64,000 nt of DNA, from positions 434,001 to 498,000 of the IMG/VR virus record IMGVR_UViG_3300046665_000548. One strand, given 5' to 3'. Positions 17,801 to 26,752 of this stretch are shown here, piece by piece; within the stretch, counting starts at the first letter, position 1; every line of letters starts with the position of its first letter. Position numbers and translations under genes: made by a program. The notes below the pieces were generated by a model. That model worked only from the letters and a program-made list of their open reading frames with translations. It had not been told where the DNA came from and did no database searches.

Positions 17801-18958
17801 ATGGCCATCCCCCACGGAAGGCGCTGGGAACCGCGCAGAATACGTTTCGGCAATGGTTCAAAGAACATATTTTCATGCACATGTTCTAAGTGCGGATGGA
17901 TAGGGACATTTGATTCCCTACAAAACCTGCCAGACGAAGTTGTAAGCAAAAAGTTCAGCCATTTCGGTTGGCTATTAGGTCGATCCAACGCGCACAATAT
18001 CTGCAAGCGTTGTCTGAGTGGCCAAGCTGGCGTTCAACCCAAAAATGAATTGGCAAACGTATTCAGGGTAGTCGAGAACGGCGTGCCGGTGCCGCCCTCC
18101 AAGGAATTGCGCGCTCGGGTCGCAAAAGAGATCGTCAAACACGATACCGCGAAACGCGCTGATCTCGATGACATTATCAATCGCCATTTCCCCAAGAAAC
18201 CTTTGGAGGAATCTGTGTCTGAAACAGAAACAGAAACAGAAACAGTGGCGAATCCAGAAATCTCAGGAGACCTGTTAGACACGCTGAAGGGTATCAGAGA
18301 GAATATGGGATTGATCGCTTCTGAACTTGGGAATGTTCGTGCTGCGCTCGAACTCCAAGCAGAACAGACCAGCTATATGGTCGCCAACACGAGCAATCAG
18401 ATCAAGGCTCTAACTATCCTTGGACCATTGATCGCCAAGACAACCGAAGCCGTTGGTTCTGGCTTCGCAGACCAGCAGCAGTTTCTTCTCGATATGTTGA
18501 AAAAACTACCGTCGCCATCTCGTCCGGAACCTCAGATCGAACCGCAGCCTGAGCCGTCTCACTCCAATATCTCCCTGTTGAAAAAGGTGTTGAAAGAGCC
18601 TCGACAATATACGCATTCGCCAAAGAAGGCCGTGAAAGGTCGTACAGAAAGCGAAGTGTCGATTTATTCTAATGCGGTGAAGACTGGATCAAGTGCAGGA
18701 CGCAAATGGTCAACTACAATTCGCGTTTCGCGTGATCTGTGGGACGCTGCTGATCTCAACGGCCAGGAACGCGTAGTAGTCACGCAGAAGAATGGCTCGA
18801 TCAAGGTTTCAAAACCCAAGCACGGCGATATCGGAATCAAAGTGAAGAAGCTCAGTGAGATGGTAGCGGTTCTCCAAGTTTCGACACTAGGAGATATCAA
18901 TACCAAGGACATGAGTGCTTCCGTTGGGAACGGGTCTCTCACCCTTCGACCGGCATGA
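17801..18958 (+). CDS. Protein with N-terminal Cys-rich Zn-binding motif and C-terminal AbrB-like domain
   Basis: CTCSKCG...HNICKRC; TTIRVSRDLWDAADLNGQERVVVTQKNGSIKVSK. Confidence 0.55.
   Translation: MAIPHGRRWEPRRIRFGNGSKNIFSCTCSKCGWIGTFDSLQNLPDEVVSKKFSHFGWLLGRSNAHNICKRCLSGQAGVQPKNELANVFRVVENGVPVPPSKELRARVAKEIVKHDTAKRADLDDIINRHFPKKPLEESVSETETETETVANPEISGDLLDTLKGIRENMGLIASELGNVRAALELQAEQTSYMVANTSNQIKALTILGPLIAKTTEAVGSGFADQQQFLLDMLKKLPSPSRPEPQIEPQPEPSHSNISLLKKVLKEPRQYTHSPKKAVKGRTESEVSIYSNAVKTGSSAGRKWSTTIRVSRDLWDAADLNGQERVVVTQKNGSIKVSKPKHGDIGIKVKKLSEMVAVLQVSTLGDINTKDMSASVGNGSLTLRPA
18221..18244 (+). repeat. (GAAACA)4 in-frame microsatellite encoding ETETETET
   Basis: Read directly from the sequence. 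Confidence 0.9.
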
Positions 18959-19230
18959 CTTTTTCAATCAAAGAACATTCGAATTCGCTGACGCCGGAGG
19001 AATACAACAAAGGTCTTCGCGACCCTTACTGGTTCGCTACCGTGGTTTTAAAGGGAGATTCTGGACACCCATACGTTCCGCAGTACCTTTGTAGAAAGCA
19101 TCCATTTTATGTGTGGTGTGTTGAGAAGGGGATTCGATTGGAGGTCGTCCACTCGGGAATGGCGACTATGATCTACGGTTACATTCAACATCACACTCAG
19201 GCGGTCGAAGCGAAAATTCGCTTCGGCTAG
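18955..19230 (+). CDS. Small paralogue-family protein
   Basis: YVWCVEKG...HHTQAVEAKIRFG. Confidence 0.6.
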   Translation: MTFSIKEHSNSLTPEEYNKGLRDPYWFATVVLKGDSGHPYVPQYLCRKHPFYVWCVEKGIRLEVVHSGMATMIYGYIQHHTQAVEAKIRFG

Positions 19231-19231
19231 T

Positions 19232-19570
19232 TCATCCAATGAACTTTTTGATGTGAGCCAGCGTCATCTTTAATTTCTTAGTGGGGTCTTTCTCGTCCTC
19301 GATTTTCTGAAAGTTACGCAACGCTGCGTCTTGCTTTCGCTTAATCCGATATTCGAGTTGTTTCTTGCTCGGGCCTAAAGACAGGCCATGTTCCTTGCAA
19401 AAAATTCGTACGATATTCTTTGCAATTCCCAAGTTATGATTGTCGTAGTTGCTATAGTTGATTTCTTGACCGGCAGTGTCGATAGACTCCAACACCTGCC
19501 TGGGTGTTCGATACCGATTAACACCTTTGCTATCGGTATAATCGAGGAAAAGCTCTTTCGGATTTTTCAT
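19232..19570 (-). CDS. Hypothetical protein
   Basis: Coupled ORF. Confidence 0.6.
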   Translation of the reverse strand: MKNPKELFLDYTDSKGVNRYRTPRQVLESIDTAGQEINYSNYDNHNLGIAKNIVRIFCKEHGLSLGPSKKQLEYRIKRKQDAALRNFQKIEDEKDPTKKLKMTLAHIKKFIG

Positions 19571-20043
19571 TCTTCAGGTCTCCAGCTTGGTCCGTCTTCT
19601 GCCGTGCGCACGCCCCAAAAGATGCCCTTGGTCCAGCCCGTGAGACGATCACGTTCGGCATAGCTCAGGTTATGTTCACTGTCTTTTGCGAGTTGTTTGT
19701 CGATGCTGTCCAGATCGTCACCAAAGCCACGGAAGCGCATGTAATCTTCAAGCACCTCCAGCTTGGTCTTAGCTTGCGCGTGGTCTCCGTAAAGCTTGTT
19801 CTTCTCAGCCAGCGCATCATGCCACATATGCACGGGGACGGTCTCTTCCGGATTCATCGCGTTCCGAAGCCAGGAAGCAAATATGAAGGGCCAATACACT
19901 GCGGTTAAAAGCGTGTGCACGACCATTTGCTTCCAGCGCCACCCGGCACTGAAAAAGTAAGCGGCGGCCGACATCGTGCGAAGCAAGCCGATCAGCAAGC
20001 TAAGCACGATATAGACGGCAAAAATAACCAGTGCGGTAATCAT
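19567..20043 (-). CDS. Membrane-anchored hypothetical protein
   Basis: Two N-terminal hydrophobic segments. Confidence 0.6.
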   Translation of the reverse strand: MITALVIFAVYIVLSLLIGLLRTMSAAAYFFSAGWRWKQMVVHTLLTAVYWPFIFASWLRNAMNPEETVPVHMWHDALAEKNKLYGDHAQAKTKLEVLEDYMRFRGFGDDLDSIDKQLAKDSEHNLSYAERDRLTGWTKGIFWGVRTAEDGPSWRPEE

Positions 20044-20055
20044 GTCAAATCCGTT

Positions 20056-20205
20056 CTATCCCAAAATCAATGCACAGATGACGATGCCAACAAGGATAAC
20101 CAAGCCCTGCCATGGTGCCGGGCTCATCGAATTGAGCGGTCCCATCGCATCGTCGGCCAGTATTTGCCCCCACTGTTCGTCAGTGAGGTGCTTCGGCTTG
20201 ATCAT
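20056..20205 (-). CDS. Small membrane protein
   Basis: TGATG-coupled; C-terminal TM helix. Confidence 0.5.
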   Translation of the reverse strand: MIKPKHLTDEQWGQILADDAMGPLNSMSPAPWQGLVILVGIVICALILG

Positions 20206-20663
20206 CAGAGTATCCCCGAAAAGCTGTTGCAAAGCGTGTCTACGTCGATCTTCGGTGCGCCCTCCACCACGTATCGTCCCCAAATGGTTTCGGGAATAAT
20301 GCGAGCCTGAGTGTCTTGGCGTCCGAGTATGTGGGCCTTCACGTATCGATGATGGCCGTCCAGGGTCAGGTGCGATCCATCGTACCAAGTAGCGATCATC
20401 ATCGGGTACTTGTCGAGATCGTCGGCCGTGATTCTTGCGAGACGATGTTGCTCGATGCCGCGTTCATCTCGAAACTGCGCAGCAATCTCCGACAGGACCG
20501 GTATCAGAAAAATCTCCAACGCGAGCATGTCTGGATCGCGCATTAGTCGCTCGACCGCAATAATCGTGATCTCGCCCGAATCGGGGTCCTGGTACGTGTA
20601 TGCGACCTCTCGCTTGCGTACTAACTCTTCAAACTGAGGGCGCATCCTCTTTCCTTCATTCAT
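20205..20663 (-). CDS. ParB/Srx N-terminal-like domain protein
   Basis: LTLDGHHRYVKA motif. Confidence 0.6.
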   Translation of the reverse strand: MNEGKRMRPQFEELVRKREVAYTYQDPDSGEITIIAVERLMRDPDMLALEIFLIPVLSEIAAQFRDERGIEQHRLARITADDLDKYPMMIATWYDGSHLTLDGHHRYVKAHILGRQDTQARIIPETIWGRYVVEGAPKIDVDTLCNSFSGIL

Positions 20664-20890
20664 CCGAACCTCAGTTTAAAAGCGAGCGCCGTATCGGCGT
20701 CTGAGAACCAGAAGTCCCATGCCCCATTACCAGCAGTCCACTTGCCGCGTGCGTTCACATCGTGGTCCAACCAATCCCAAATCCCCTTATCGTATTCACC
20801 TGAGGTACTGGATAGATCGAGTCTGACGCAATGCCACGCGCTCCAGTCGATCTTCCGGATGTCCCAGGTTTCTACGATCTCTCGCGCCAC
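20660..20890 (-). CDS. Small paralogue-family protein
   Basis: IWDWLDHD...FWFSDADTALAFKLRFG. Confidence 0.7.
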   Translation of the reverse strand: MAREIVETWDIRKIDWSAWHCVRLDLSSTSGEYDKGIWDWLDHDVNARGKWTAGNGAWDFWFSDADTALAFKLRFG

Positions 20891-21111
20891 TGGCCCGTAA
20901 CTTTCACGTTGACGATATAGAGAGGATACGCAACGGGATGGTCTCTCAGATAAGCCGCGACAGCACGAGCGTTTTTTCGGCTCATGCCATCAGTCTGCTC
21001 AACCGTGCCGAAGCACGACATGTAGAAGAGATAGCTCACCGCCCGAATATCACCTCTAATATTTTCCAAATTCCGATCATTGCGAGAAGCCAAAACAACA
21101 GCGCGTGCCAC
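20872..21111 (-). CDS. Hypothetical protein
   Basis: In-operon ORF. Confidence 0.45.
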   Translation of the reverse strand: MARAVVLASRNDRNLENIRGDIRAVSYLFYMSCFGTVEQTDGMSRKNARAVAAYLRDHPVAYPLYIVNVKVTGQWRERS

Positions 21112-21157
21112 CCATCCACGTGGATGTATGTGTTATTGAGCATCCAGCGCAGGGCCT

Positions 21158-22309
21158 TCACGCTACGATCTCCACGACGATCTTTTTCTTCGTCAACACG
21201 TGGCGTTCACCGGCCACGAGAGGCTTAGCCCAACCATTTTTGCGGGCCTGCGAGAGGGATGGAAACATACCAATGGCGACGCAGACGGTCGCCATTGATG
21301 CGCCCGGCCCAAGCTCAGCAATCGAGAATCGACGTGTAGCCGGAATTGGCGTACCGTCGTCCTCAAAGGACGTGAATAGGTTTTCCACGTGATCGTGCAC
21401 CAACGTGGTTACCTGATTGGCGAGCATGATTTTAGCGGCGTTGATGTCGCGAGACATGATCTGTTCGATGATGTCGAGCCGAAGCATCGTGAATAGCTTT
21501 AAGAAGCGCTCCACGTCGCGGTCATCGGTATTGCGCCAGAACTGCCAGAACTCAAAGGGGCTCGTTCGCTCGCGATCCAACCAGACGGCCCCGCCTGCGG
21601 TCTTTCCCATCTTGTCACCAGAAGCGGTCTGGATCAGCGGACACGTTAGGCCGAACAACTGCTTACCGTCCATGCGGCGGGCGAGGTCAATACCGTTGAT
21701 GATGTTGCCCCATTGATCGGAGCCGCCCATCTGGAGCGTGCAGTCAAACCTGCGGTTCAACGTCATGAAATCGAATGCCTGGAGAACCATGTAGTTGAAT
21801 TCCAGCAGGGACATCTCCTGCTGACGTTCCAGTCGCCCCTTAACGCTGTCCATGGCGAGCATGCGGTTTACGGAAAAATGCGTGCCGACCTCTCGCAGAA
21901 ACGAGATGAAGTTCAGATGCTGCAACCAATTGGCATTGTCGAGCACCCATGCGCCGGTTGGCTCTGTAAAATCGCGTATCTTGAGGAAGCGCCCGAATAC
22001 CTTACTAAGGCTGTCTTTGTTAGCCTCAATCTGTTCGACAGTCAGAATCTTTCGTGTAGCGTCTTTCCCCGAAGGGTCGCCCACCATGGACGTTCCGCCA
22101 CCCAGCAGGACGACAGGTGTGTGACCGCACTGCTGAAACCAGTGCAGCATCATGATCGGCAGCAGTGAGCCGACGTGCAGCGATGGCGCTGTGCAGTCAA
22201 ATCCGATATAGCCGACTGACGGCTTCGAAAGCTGCGCACGTAGTCCGGCCTCGTCCGTGCACTGATGCACGAAACCACGCTCTTGCATTATAGTCAAAAA
22301 ATCCATCAT
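21158..22309 (-). CDS. tyrS: Tyrosyl-tRNA synthetase
   Basis: YIGFDCTAPSLHVGS, EFNYMVLQAFD, QMGGSDQWGNI, KMGKT; start reassigned to ATG 22309 just after the promoter -10. Confidence 0.96.
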   Translation of the reverse strand: MMDFLTIMQERGFVHQCTDEAGLRAQLSKPSVGYIGFDCTAPSLHVGSLLPIMMLHWFQQCGHTPVVLLGGGTSMVGDPSGKDATRKILTVEQIEANKDSLSKVFGRFLKIRDFTEPTGAWVLDNANWLQHLNFISFLREVGTHFSVNRMLAMDSVKGRLERQQEMSLLEFNYMVLQAFDFMTLNRRFDCTLQMGGSDQWGNIINGIDLARRMDGKQLFGLTCPLIQTASGDKMGKTAGGAVWLDRERTSPFEFWQFWRNTDDRDVERFLKLFTMLRLDIIEQIMSRDINAAKIMLANQVTTLVHDHVENLFTSFEDDGTPIPATRRFSIAELGPGASMATVCVAIGMFPSLSQARKNGWAKPLVAGERHVLTKKKIVVEIVA

Positions 22310-22314
22310 GTCGC

Positions 22315-22342
22315 AGATTACCATGTAACAAACTTTTGGCAA
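22315..22342 (-). promoter_or_regulatory. Early promoter TTGCCA-N16-TAATCT (probably leaderless tyrS mRNA)
   Basis: ATG lies 5 nt after the -10 hexamer. Confidence 0.65.
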
Positions 22343-22343
22343 G

Positions 22344-22751
22344 TCACTCGTGGAACATTTTGAACAACGTAGCTAGATGATCGCTCACAAAACCGAAACC
22401 GATCTTCTTGCTATATTGAAAGTCCCAAACCGCGAAATACTCGTTATGAAGGACGTATTCAAAAGACGAGCACGACTGGATAGGATATGATTTGCTTCGA
22501 TCAAGCTGACACTCAATCCAGTAAAGCAAATCCAAGACGGGCTGTTCGTCTCTCTCAAACGGTGGCAGCGGAAGAACGACTAGAAATTTCGGCGGTTCGA
22601 TGCCTCTCCATGCGTTGTTGACCATCATATCCATGATGACTTCAAAACGAATTTCTTTGCGTTCGTCGCGACTCATCCGATGGCCGAGAGAATTCCAACA
22701 CCCAGGAACAGTGCGGGATTGGCGATCATTGCGATTGCCAGACCAACGCAA
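22344..22751 (-). CDS. Small paralogue-family protein
   Basis: GFGFVSDHLATLFKMFHE; true start probably further downstream. Confidence 0.6.
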   Translation of the reverse strand: MRWSGNRNDRQSRTVPGCWNSLGHRMSRDERKEIRFEVIMDMMVNNAWRGIEPPKFLVVLPLPPFERDEQPVLDLLYWIECQLDRSKSYPIQSCSSFEYVLHNEYFAVWDFQYSKKIGFGFVSDHLATLFKMFHE

Positions 22752-23383
22752 GCGAGTGCGATCAGGAAGAAGAACAAGACGGACAGGGTGAGATTCAGTA
22801 TGGAGAAGGTCACGACAAGCTGACCATTCTTGATCTCAACTTGCTTGAGCGAAGACTTGATCACCCAGGCCCATTTCATTTCGTCCTTGATCTTGAATAC
22901 TGGTATCTCCTGCAAGGTCGAAATCGCGATGGTCTGCGAGTAACTGATCAGCCATGTCTCGAAACGTTGAGCGAACACTGCTGTCTGTGTGCCAATGGCT
23001 GAGCCAATCACATCGGATGGCTTCTGCCCCTTCCAGTCGATCTGCTCGACGGTTACCGCGTCTGGTTCAAAGAAGAATTCGGCCGTGTTGCGGTTGTATC
23101 GGGGGCGGCCGATGGCACTCACCACGGCATGCATGTTGCCGGTTTTATTCCCCTCGACATCGATAAGGACCTTGACGGCCTGATCGGTCAATTCGACTTT
23201 GGCTGAAGTGACTTTGAACCGATTGAACGCAACTGGCTTCGGCAGCTTTTCATTCACCTTCTGCTGGATGTACTCCTGCGAGAATGTCTTCGTTTGCTCG
23301 ATGCTCAGAAAATGCACCAGCATGATGCCGGAGATAATCAGCGCCGGTAGAACGGCAATCCATACTTTCAATCGGTTAGTCAT
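22673..23383 (-). CDS. Membrane protein (N-terminal anchor, C-terminal TM region)
   Basis: Hydrophobic termini; weak DUF1439-like impression only. Confidence 0.65.
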   Translation of the reverse strand: MTNRLKVWIAVLPALIISGIMLVHFLSIEQTKTFSQEYIQQKVNEKLPKPVAFNRFKVTSAKVELTDQAVKVLIDVEGNKTGNMHAVVSAIGRPRYNRNTAEFFFEPDAVTVEQIDWKGQKPSDVIGSAIGTQTAVFAQRFETWLISYSQTIAISTLQEIPVFKIKDEMKWAWVIKSSLKQVEIKNGQLVVTFSILNLTLSVLFFFLIALACVGLAIAMIANPALFLGVGILSAIG

Positions 23384-23384
23384 G

Positions 23385-23687
23385 TTAACTCCATCTGATC
23401 TTAAATTCTAAAGCTTCAGTCTCGTCCTTGACGCCGAACGCAAATAACTCCCATGTCTGTATTCGGCTGATCTTGTAGACGGGCGAAATATCAATTCCTT
23501 TTTTCTCGCACCAGTCTTCAAATTCTTCGAATTCGGGAAGGGTCGTGTTCCAATACATGTTCACGACCCAATAGTCTTTACCGCGAACATGAATTGGTGA
23601 GATATCCGTAACTTCGTGTGTTTTTCTCGACATCAGAAAACCCATAATGAAATGGGTCACTGTAAGATGCAGAGGTGCCAGCTTCAA
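23385..23687 (-). CDS. Small paralogue-family protein
   Basis: FEDWCEKKG...FGVKDETEALEFKIRWS. Confidence 0.7.
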   Translation of the reverse strand: MKLAPLHLTVTHFIMGFLMSRKTHEVTDISPIHVRGKDYWVVNMYWNTTLPEFEEFEDWCEKKGIDISPVYKISRIQTWELFAFGVKDETEALEFKIRWS

Positions 23688-24301
23688 CTAATTCCGAACC
23701 TCATAAAAAACGCTCCAGCTTCTTGCTTCTTTCGCATTTCAAGAAACTTGAGATCGTTAATCCCACCTGCGAACTTGTTCTCGTTATTAGAATACTCCAG
23801 CCAAGCCGACTGAACGTTCACCATGCCCACCGGATTTAAGCGATGGTAGTAAACGTCTTCGCGAAGCGGTAAAACCAATTCGAGTAATGTTTTTGCCCGT
23901 GCGAACGCCTCGGGATCACCCCAAAGACGAACCTCGGCAGGGTTGCCATATCGGCTTTGAAACGTGCTTCTCCCCTGGCCATTGTCCTCGACTTCGATGC
24001 GACGAACATACGGATTCCACCGGAAGCTGACTCCCCAATCGTTCGCGCTCAGTTCAAAGAACTCGTTGTTGGGTTTGTGCATGGTGAACGAAGTATCGAT
24101 GATTTCGAAGCACAACTCGAAACCGCATGCATCCAAGAACCATGCCGCGCCGAAGATATTCTTAGGCTGGAAGTCTAGAATGCCCGTCACATACGCCGGA
24201 TTGGTTCGCGTCGAGATACCCATGTCCACACTATTTTCGTGATAGCGTACATGGTCACAAACGCGCAGTACCCAGTCGAAATTGATTTGAATGGGCTCCA
24301 T
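23684..24301 (-). CDS. Hypothetical protein
   Basis: Start reassigned to MEPIQINFDW; ends AFFMRFGIS. Confidence 0.6.
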   Translation of the reverse strand: MEPIQINFDWVLRVCDHVRYHENSVDMGISTRTNPAYVTGILDFQPKNIFGAAWFLDACGFELCFEIIDTSFTMHKPNNEFFELSANDWGVSFRWNPYVRRIEVEDNGQGRSTFQSRYGNPAEVRLWGDPEAFARAKTLLELVLPLREDVYYHRLNPVGMVNVQSAWLEYSNNENKFAGGINDLKFLEMRKKQEAGAFFMRFGIS

Positions 24302-24302
24302 T

Positions 24303-24509
24303 TTATTGGATGACGATTTCAGGACGACGCTGCGCGCCGCGAACTGCATCCTCGGCCACACGCCGCCGCTCAGCGCGATAAGCAACGGAAGCTTCATGCG
24401 CGGCCTTGTGCTTGATCTCCCGTGCCTCGCGATGCATCATTGCGATCTTATGCAGAATAGTCCAGACGACCAGAACGACCGCCAGAGCTAAGATCAGATA
24501 ACCGGCCAT
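24303..24509 (-). CDS. Small membrane protein
   Basis: MAGYLILALAVVLVVWTILH N-terminal TM helix. Confidence 0.55.
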   Translation of the reverse strand: MAGYLILALAVVLVVWTILHKIAMMHREAREIKHKAAHEASVAYRAERRRVAEDAVRGAQRRPEIVIQ

Positions 24510-24511
24510 TG

Positions 24512-24907
24512 TTACTCCAAGATTTCCTTGAGATCGCGCTCGGTCATGTTGAGACCGTCGAGGATCGCCTTTTTCTTGCGCAGACGCTCGGCTTCGGCCG
24601 CCTCTGCCGTTTCTCGCTTGCGGTCCTCCGCCTGATGCTCTTCCCACCAGTTGGCGAGATCACGAGCGGTCGCGTCATGTGCGTTATACACGATGGCATC
24701 CCGCTTCTCCGGCGTCAGCGAGCGAAGCAGCTTGCACAGTCCGGTGATGGATTCGCCATTGCTGGCGTATTCGTTGACGGCTTCGCTGGCCACCCACTTA
24801 GGGACAGGCGCACCAAGCTGGGTGAGAACATAGGCCAAGAGGCCAGCAGCCCGCTTAAGCTCGCGCTCGCGGAGGTTCGGCTCCATATAGTCAGAACGGC
24901 AAGGCAT
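24512..24907 (-). CDS. Hypothetical phage protein
   Basis: MPCRSDYMEP...; charged C-terminus. Confidence 0.65.
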   Translation of the reverse strand: MPCRSDYMEPNLRERELKRAAGLLAYVLTQLGAPVPKWVASEAVNEYASNGESITGLCKLLRSLTPEKRDAIVYNAHDATARDLANWWEEHQAEDRKRETAEAAEAERLRKKKAILDGLNMTERDLKEILE

Positions 24908-24933
24908 GGTCGATTCCTTTATTTTGTGATGAA

Positions 24934-25248
24934 TTACTTGGATACGCTGTCGAGAACTTGCAGCATGGCGTTGAACACTGCTGGATCGAACTTTTCGACT
25001 TCCTCGATCAGCACCACCTGGGGCGATTTCCGCTGCAATGCTTCGGTAAGCAAGCCGCCCTTCTCGAAGCCGACGTACCCGGCCGGTGCGCCGATCAGCT
25101 TATTCACGGATGCCGCGTCCGAATATTCGGACCCATTGAGGCGGACCAGCGCGGTATCGTCATCGAACAGATATTCGTGTGTTTCCTTGCCGAGCAACGT
25201 CTTGCCAACGCGGCTCGGCCCGTTCAGGAACGTGATCATCGTGGACAC
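24934..25248 (-). CDS. Stand-alone fragment of Clp/Hsp100 ATPase NBD2 (ClpB/ClpA-like)
   Basis: GPSRVGKT, LIGAPAGYVGFEKGGLLTEAL, VVLIEEVEK, VFNAMLQVLD then stop; GTG overlaps the upstream TAG, GGAGG RBS. Confidence 0.8.
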   Translation of the reverse strand: MSTMITFLNGPSRVGKTLLGKETHEYLFDDDTALVRLNGSEYSDAASVNKLIGAPAGYVGFEKGGLLTEALQRKSPQVVLIEEVEKFDPAVFNAMLQVLDSVSK

Positions 25249-26660
25249 TATGCAACCTCCGCTGCGATGAACGACTTCTTGGCCTTGGTCGAGCCCCAGG
25301 CCAGCCCGTAGTTGGCGGCACAGGTTGAGCCGTAACCAACCTCGATAGAACGGGCGTCCTTGAGAGGCTTGCGGCAGAACGCGCAGTTGCCAGTCTTGCG
25401 CCCGTATTCGGTAGCGACCTTGACCGGATCGGCCGAGAGCGCCAGCAGGGTATCGTTGAGGCCAACCGGAGCAATCCGGGTGCCGTTGAACGAACCGTCC
25501 AGACCGATGCGACCGAACCACTGATTGTCGGGATACTTGCCCAAATCGGTGACATTGATTGAACCCGGAACCTTGGCCTTCGAACCAGCGACCGTCAGCT
25601 TGATCTCAACCTCATTGCCACGGTCGTTCTGCGTCAGCAGCACGATGGCCGGGTTGCGGAGCTTCGACTTGGCGGTATCGAAGAGTGCGACGATGCCCTT
25701 CATGTCCACGTTGATCGCAGCCGGGCGCGGCGTCGAGCGCTCGATCTGGCGCAGGTAGCAGAAGATGATCGAAGCAGCGATGCCGCCATGACGGGTCTCG
25801 ATCATTTCGCTGTTCGCGATGACCGACACGTTGTGCATGTAGTCGGACAGGTTCGACTTCTCGCATTCAGCCCGGATGAAATCCAGAGCCGCAGCCGCGA
25901 TCTCGCGATCTGCCTCGGTCACCTGAGGCTCGAATTCCTTGTGCGACGGAAACATCGAATGGAACGCGTCTTCGCGAGTGCTGGTCAGATAGACGCCGCG
26001 CTCTTCCGCCTCACGGACGGCCTTCATCGACACGTAGCCCTTCTGCTCACGAACCGAGCGAGCGGCGTGGCTCAGGAACTCTTCCAGATCGATGTAGCGG
26101 CGGTCATTCATGCCGCCGAAGCTCTCATCGAGTTCTTCGAAGCCGCGACCGGTCTCGGTGGCGTAGCTCAGAAGCTCAGCGAAGGCTGCAATCTTCGAAA
26201 CGTCGTGACCGAAGAAATCCACCAGACAGGACGAACCGACCTGCTGAAAATTGCCGGTCGCGTCCTCGCACACCACGAAGGTATCACGGCGCTGGCGACG
26301 CACCTTGCAGTGGTCGCAGTTCGGTTCGCAGTTGCGGTAGCGCTCCGGCAGCTTGACGCCAGAGTTGGGAACCGTGCGGATCAAGGTACCGGCTTCCTGG
26401 GAATGATCGAGGCGGGCGACGAAGGTCCAGCCGTCCACGCGGGGAACCTCGGCGGTCAGCATGACCTGAATGACCTTGTAATCGCGGCCCTTCGAGTCCT
26501 TCTGGTAATCGTAACCGAACACGAACGGCTTGATCTCCTGACCGATCAGCTTCACCGACTTACGGGAAAGCTTCTCGATCTTGGCCGAGAACTTGGCCCA
26601 ATTTGCCTCCGGAATATTGAAGGTGGTGCGGCTCTCTGCGGTGTCGGTGATCTGCGTCAT
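25248..26660 (-). CDS. Hypothetical protein with two Cys clusters (C-terminal DUF6011-like Zn ribbon)
   Basis: CDHCKVRRQR...GSSC; CAFCRKPLKDARSIEVGYGSTCA. Confidence 0.7.
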   Translation of the reverse strand: MTQITDTAESRTTFNIPEANWAKFSAKIEKLSRKSVKLIGQEIKPFVFGYDYQKDSKGRDYKVIQVMLTAEVPRVDGWTFVARLDHSQEAGTLIRTVPNSGVKLPERYRNCEPNCDHCKVRRQRRDTFVVCEDATGNFQQVGSSCLVDFFGHDVSKIAAFAELLSYATETGRGFEELDESFGGMNDRRYIDLEEFLSHAARSVREQKGYVSMKAVREAEERGVYLTSTREDAFHSMFPSHKEFEPQVTEADREIAAAALDFIRAECEKSNLSDYMHNVSVIANSEMIETRHGGIAASIIFCYLRQIERSTPRPAAINVDMKGIVALFDTAKSKLRNPAIVLLTQNDRGNEVEIKLTVAGSKAKVPGSINVTDLGKYPDNQWFGRIGLDGSFNGTRIAPVGLNDTLLALSADPVKVATEYGRKTGNCAFCRKPLKDARSIEVGYGSTCAANYGLAWGSTKAKKSFIAAEVA

Positions 26661-26686
26661 GAATCGCTCCTGTCGCTGTGATCCTC

Positions 26687-26714
26687 AGAATAACAGAATT
26701 TGATGTTTCGTCAA
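26687..26714 (-). promoter_or_regulatory. Early promoter TTGACG-N16-TATTCT
   Basis: Recurring motif. Confidence 0.7.
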
Positions 26715-26739
26715 GCGTTTTTCAGTACAGGCATTAAAG

Positions 26740-26747
26740 CCTAAATA
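26740..26747 (+). promoter_or_regulatory. Late promoter CCTAAATA (leaderless candidate)
   Basis: 5 nt before ATG 26753. Confidence 0.55.
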
Positions 26748-26752
26748 GAGCC

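Noticed and set aside
18221-18244. (GAAACA)4 as a phase-variation switch
   Set aside because: The unit is 6 nt, so slippage would keep the frame; probably a linker-length polymorphism.
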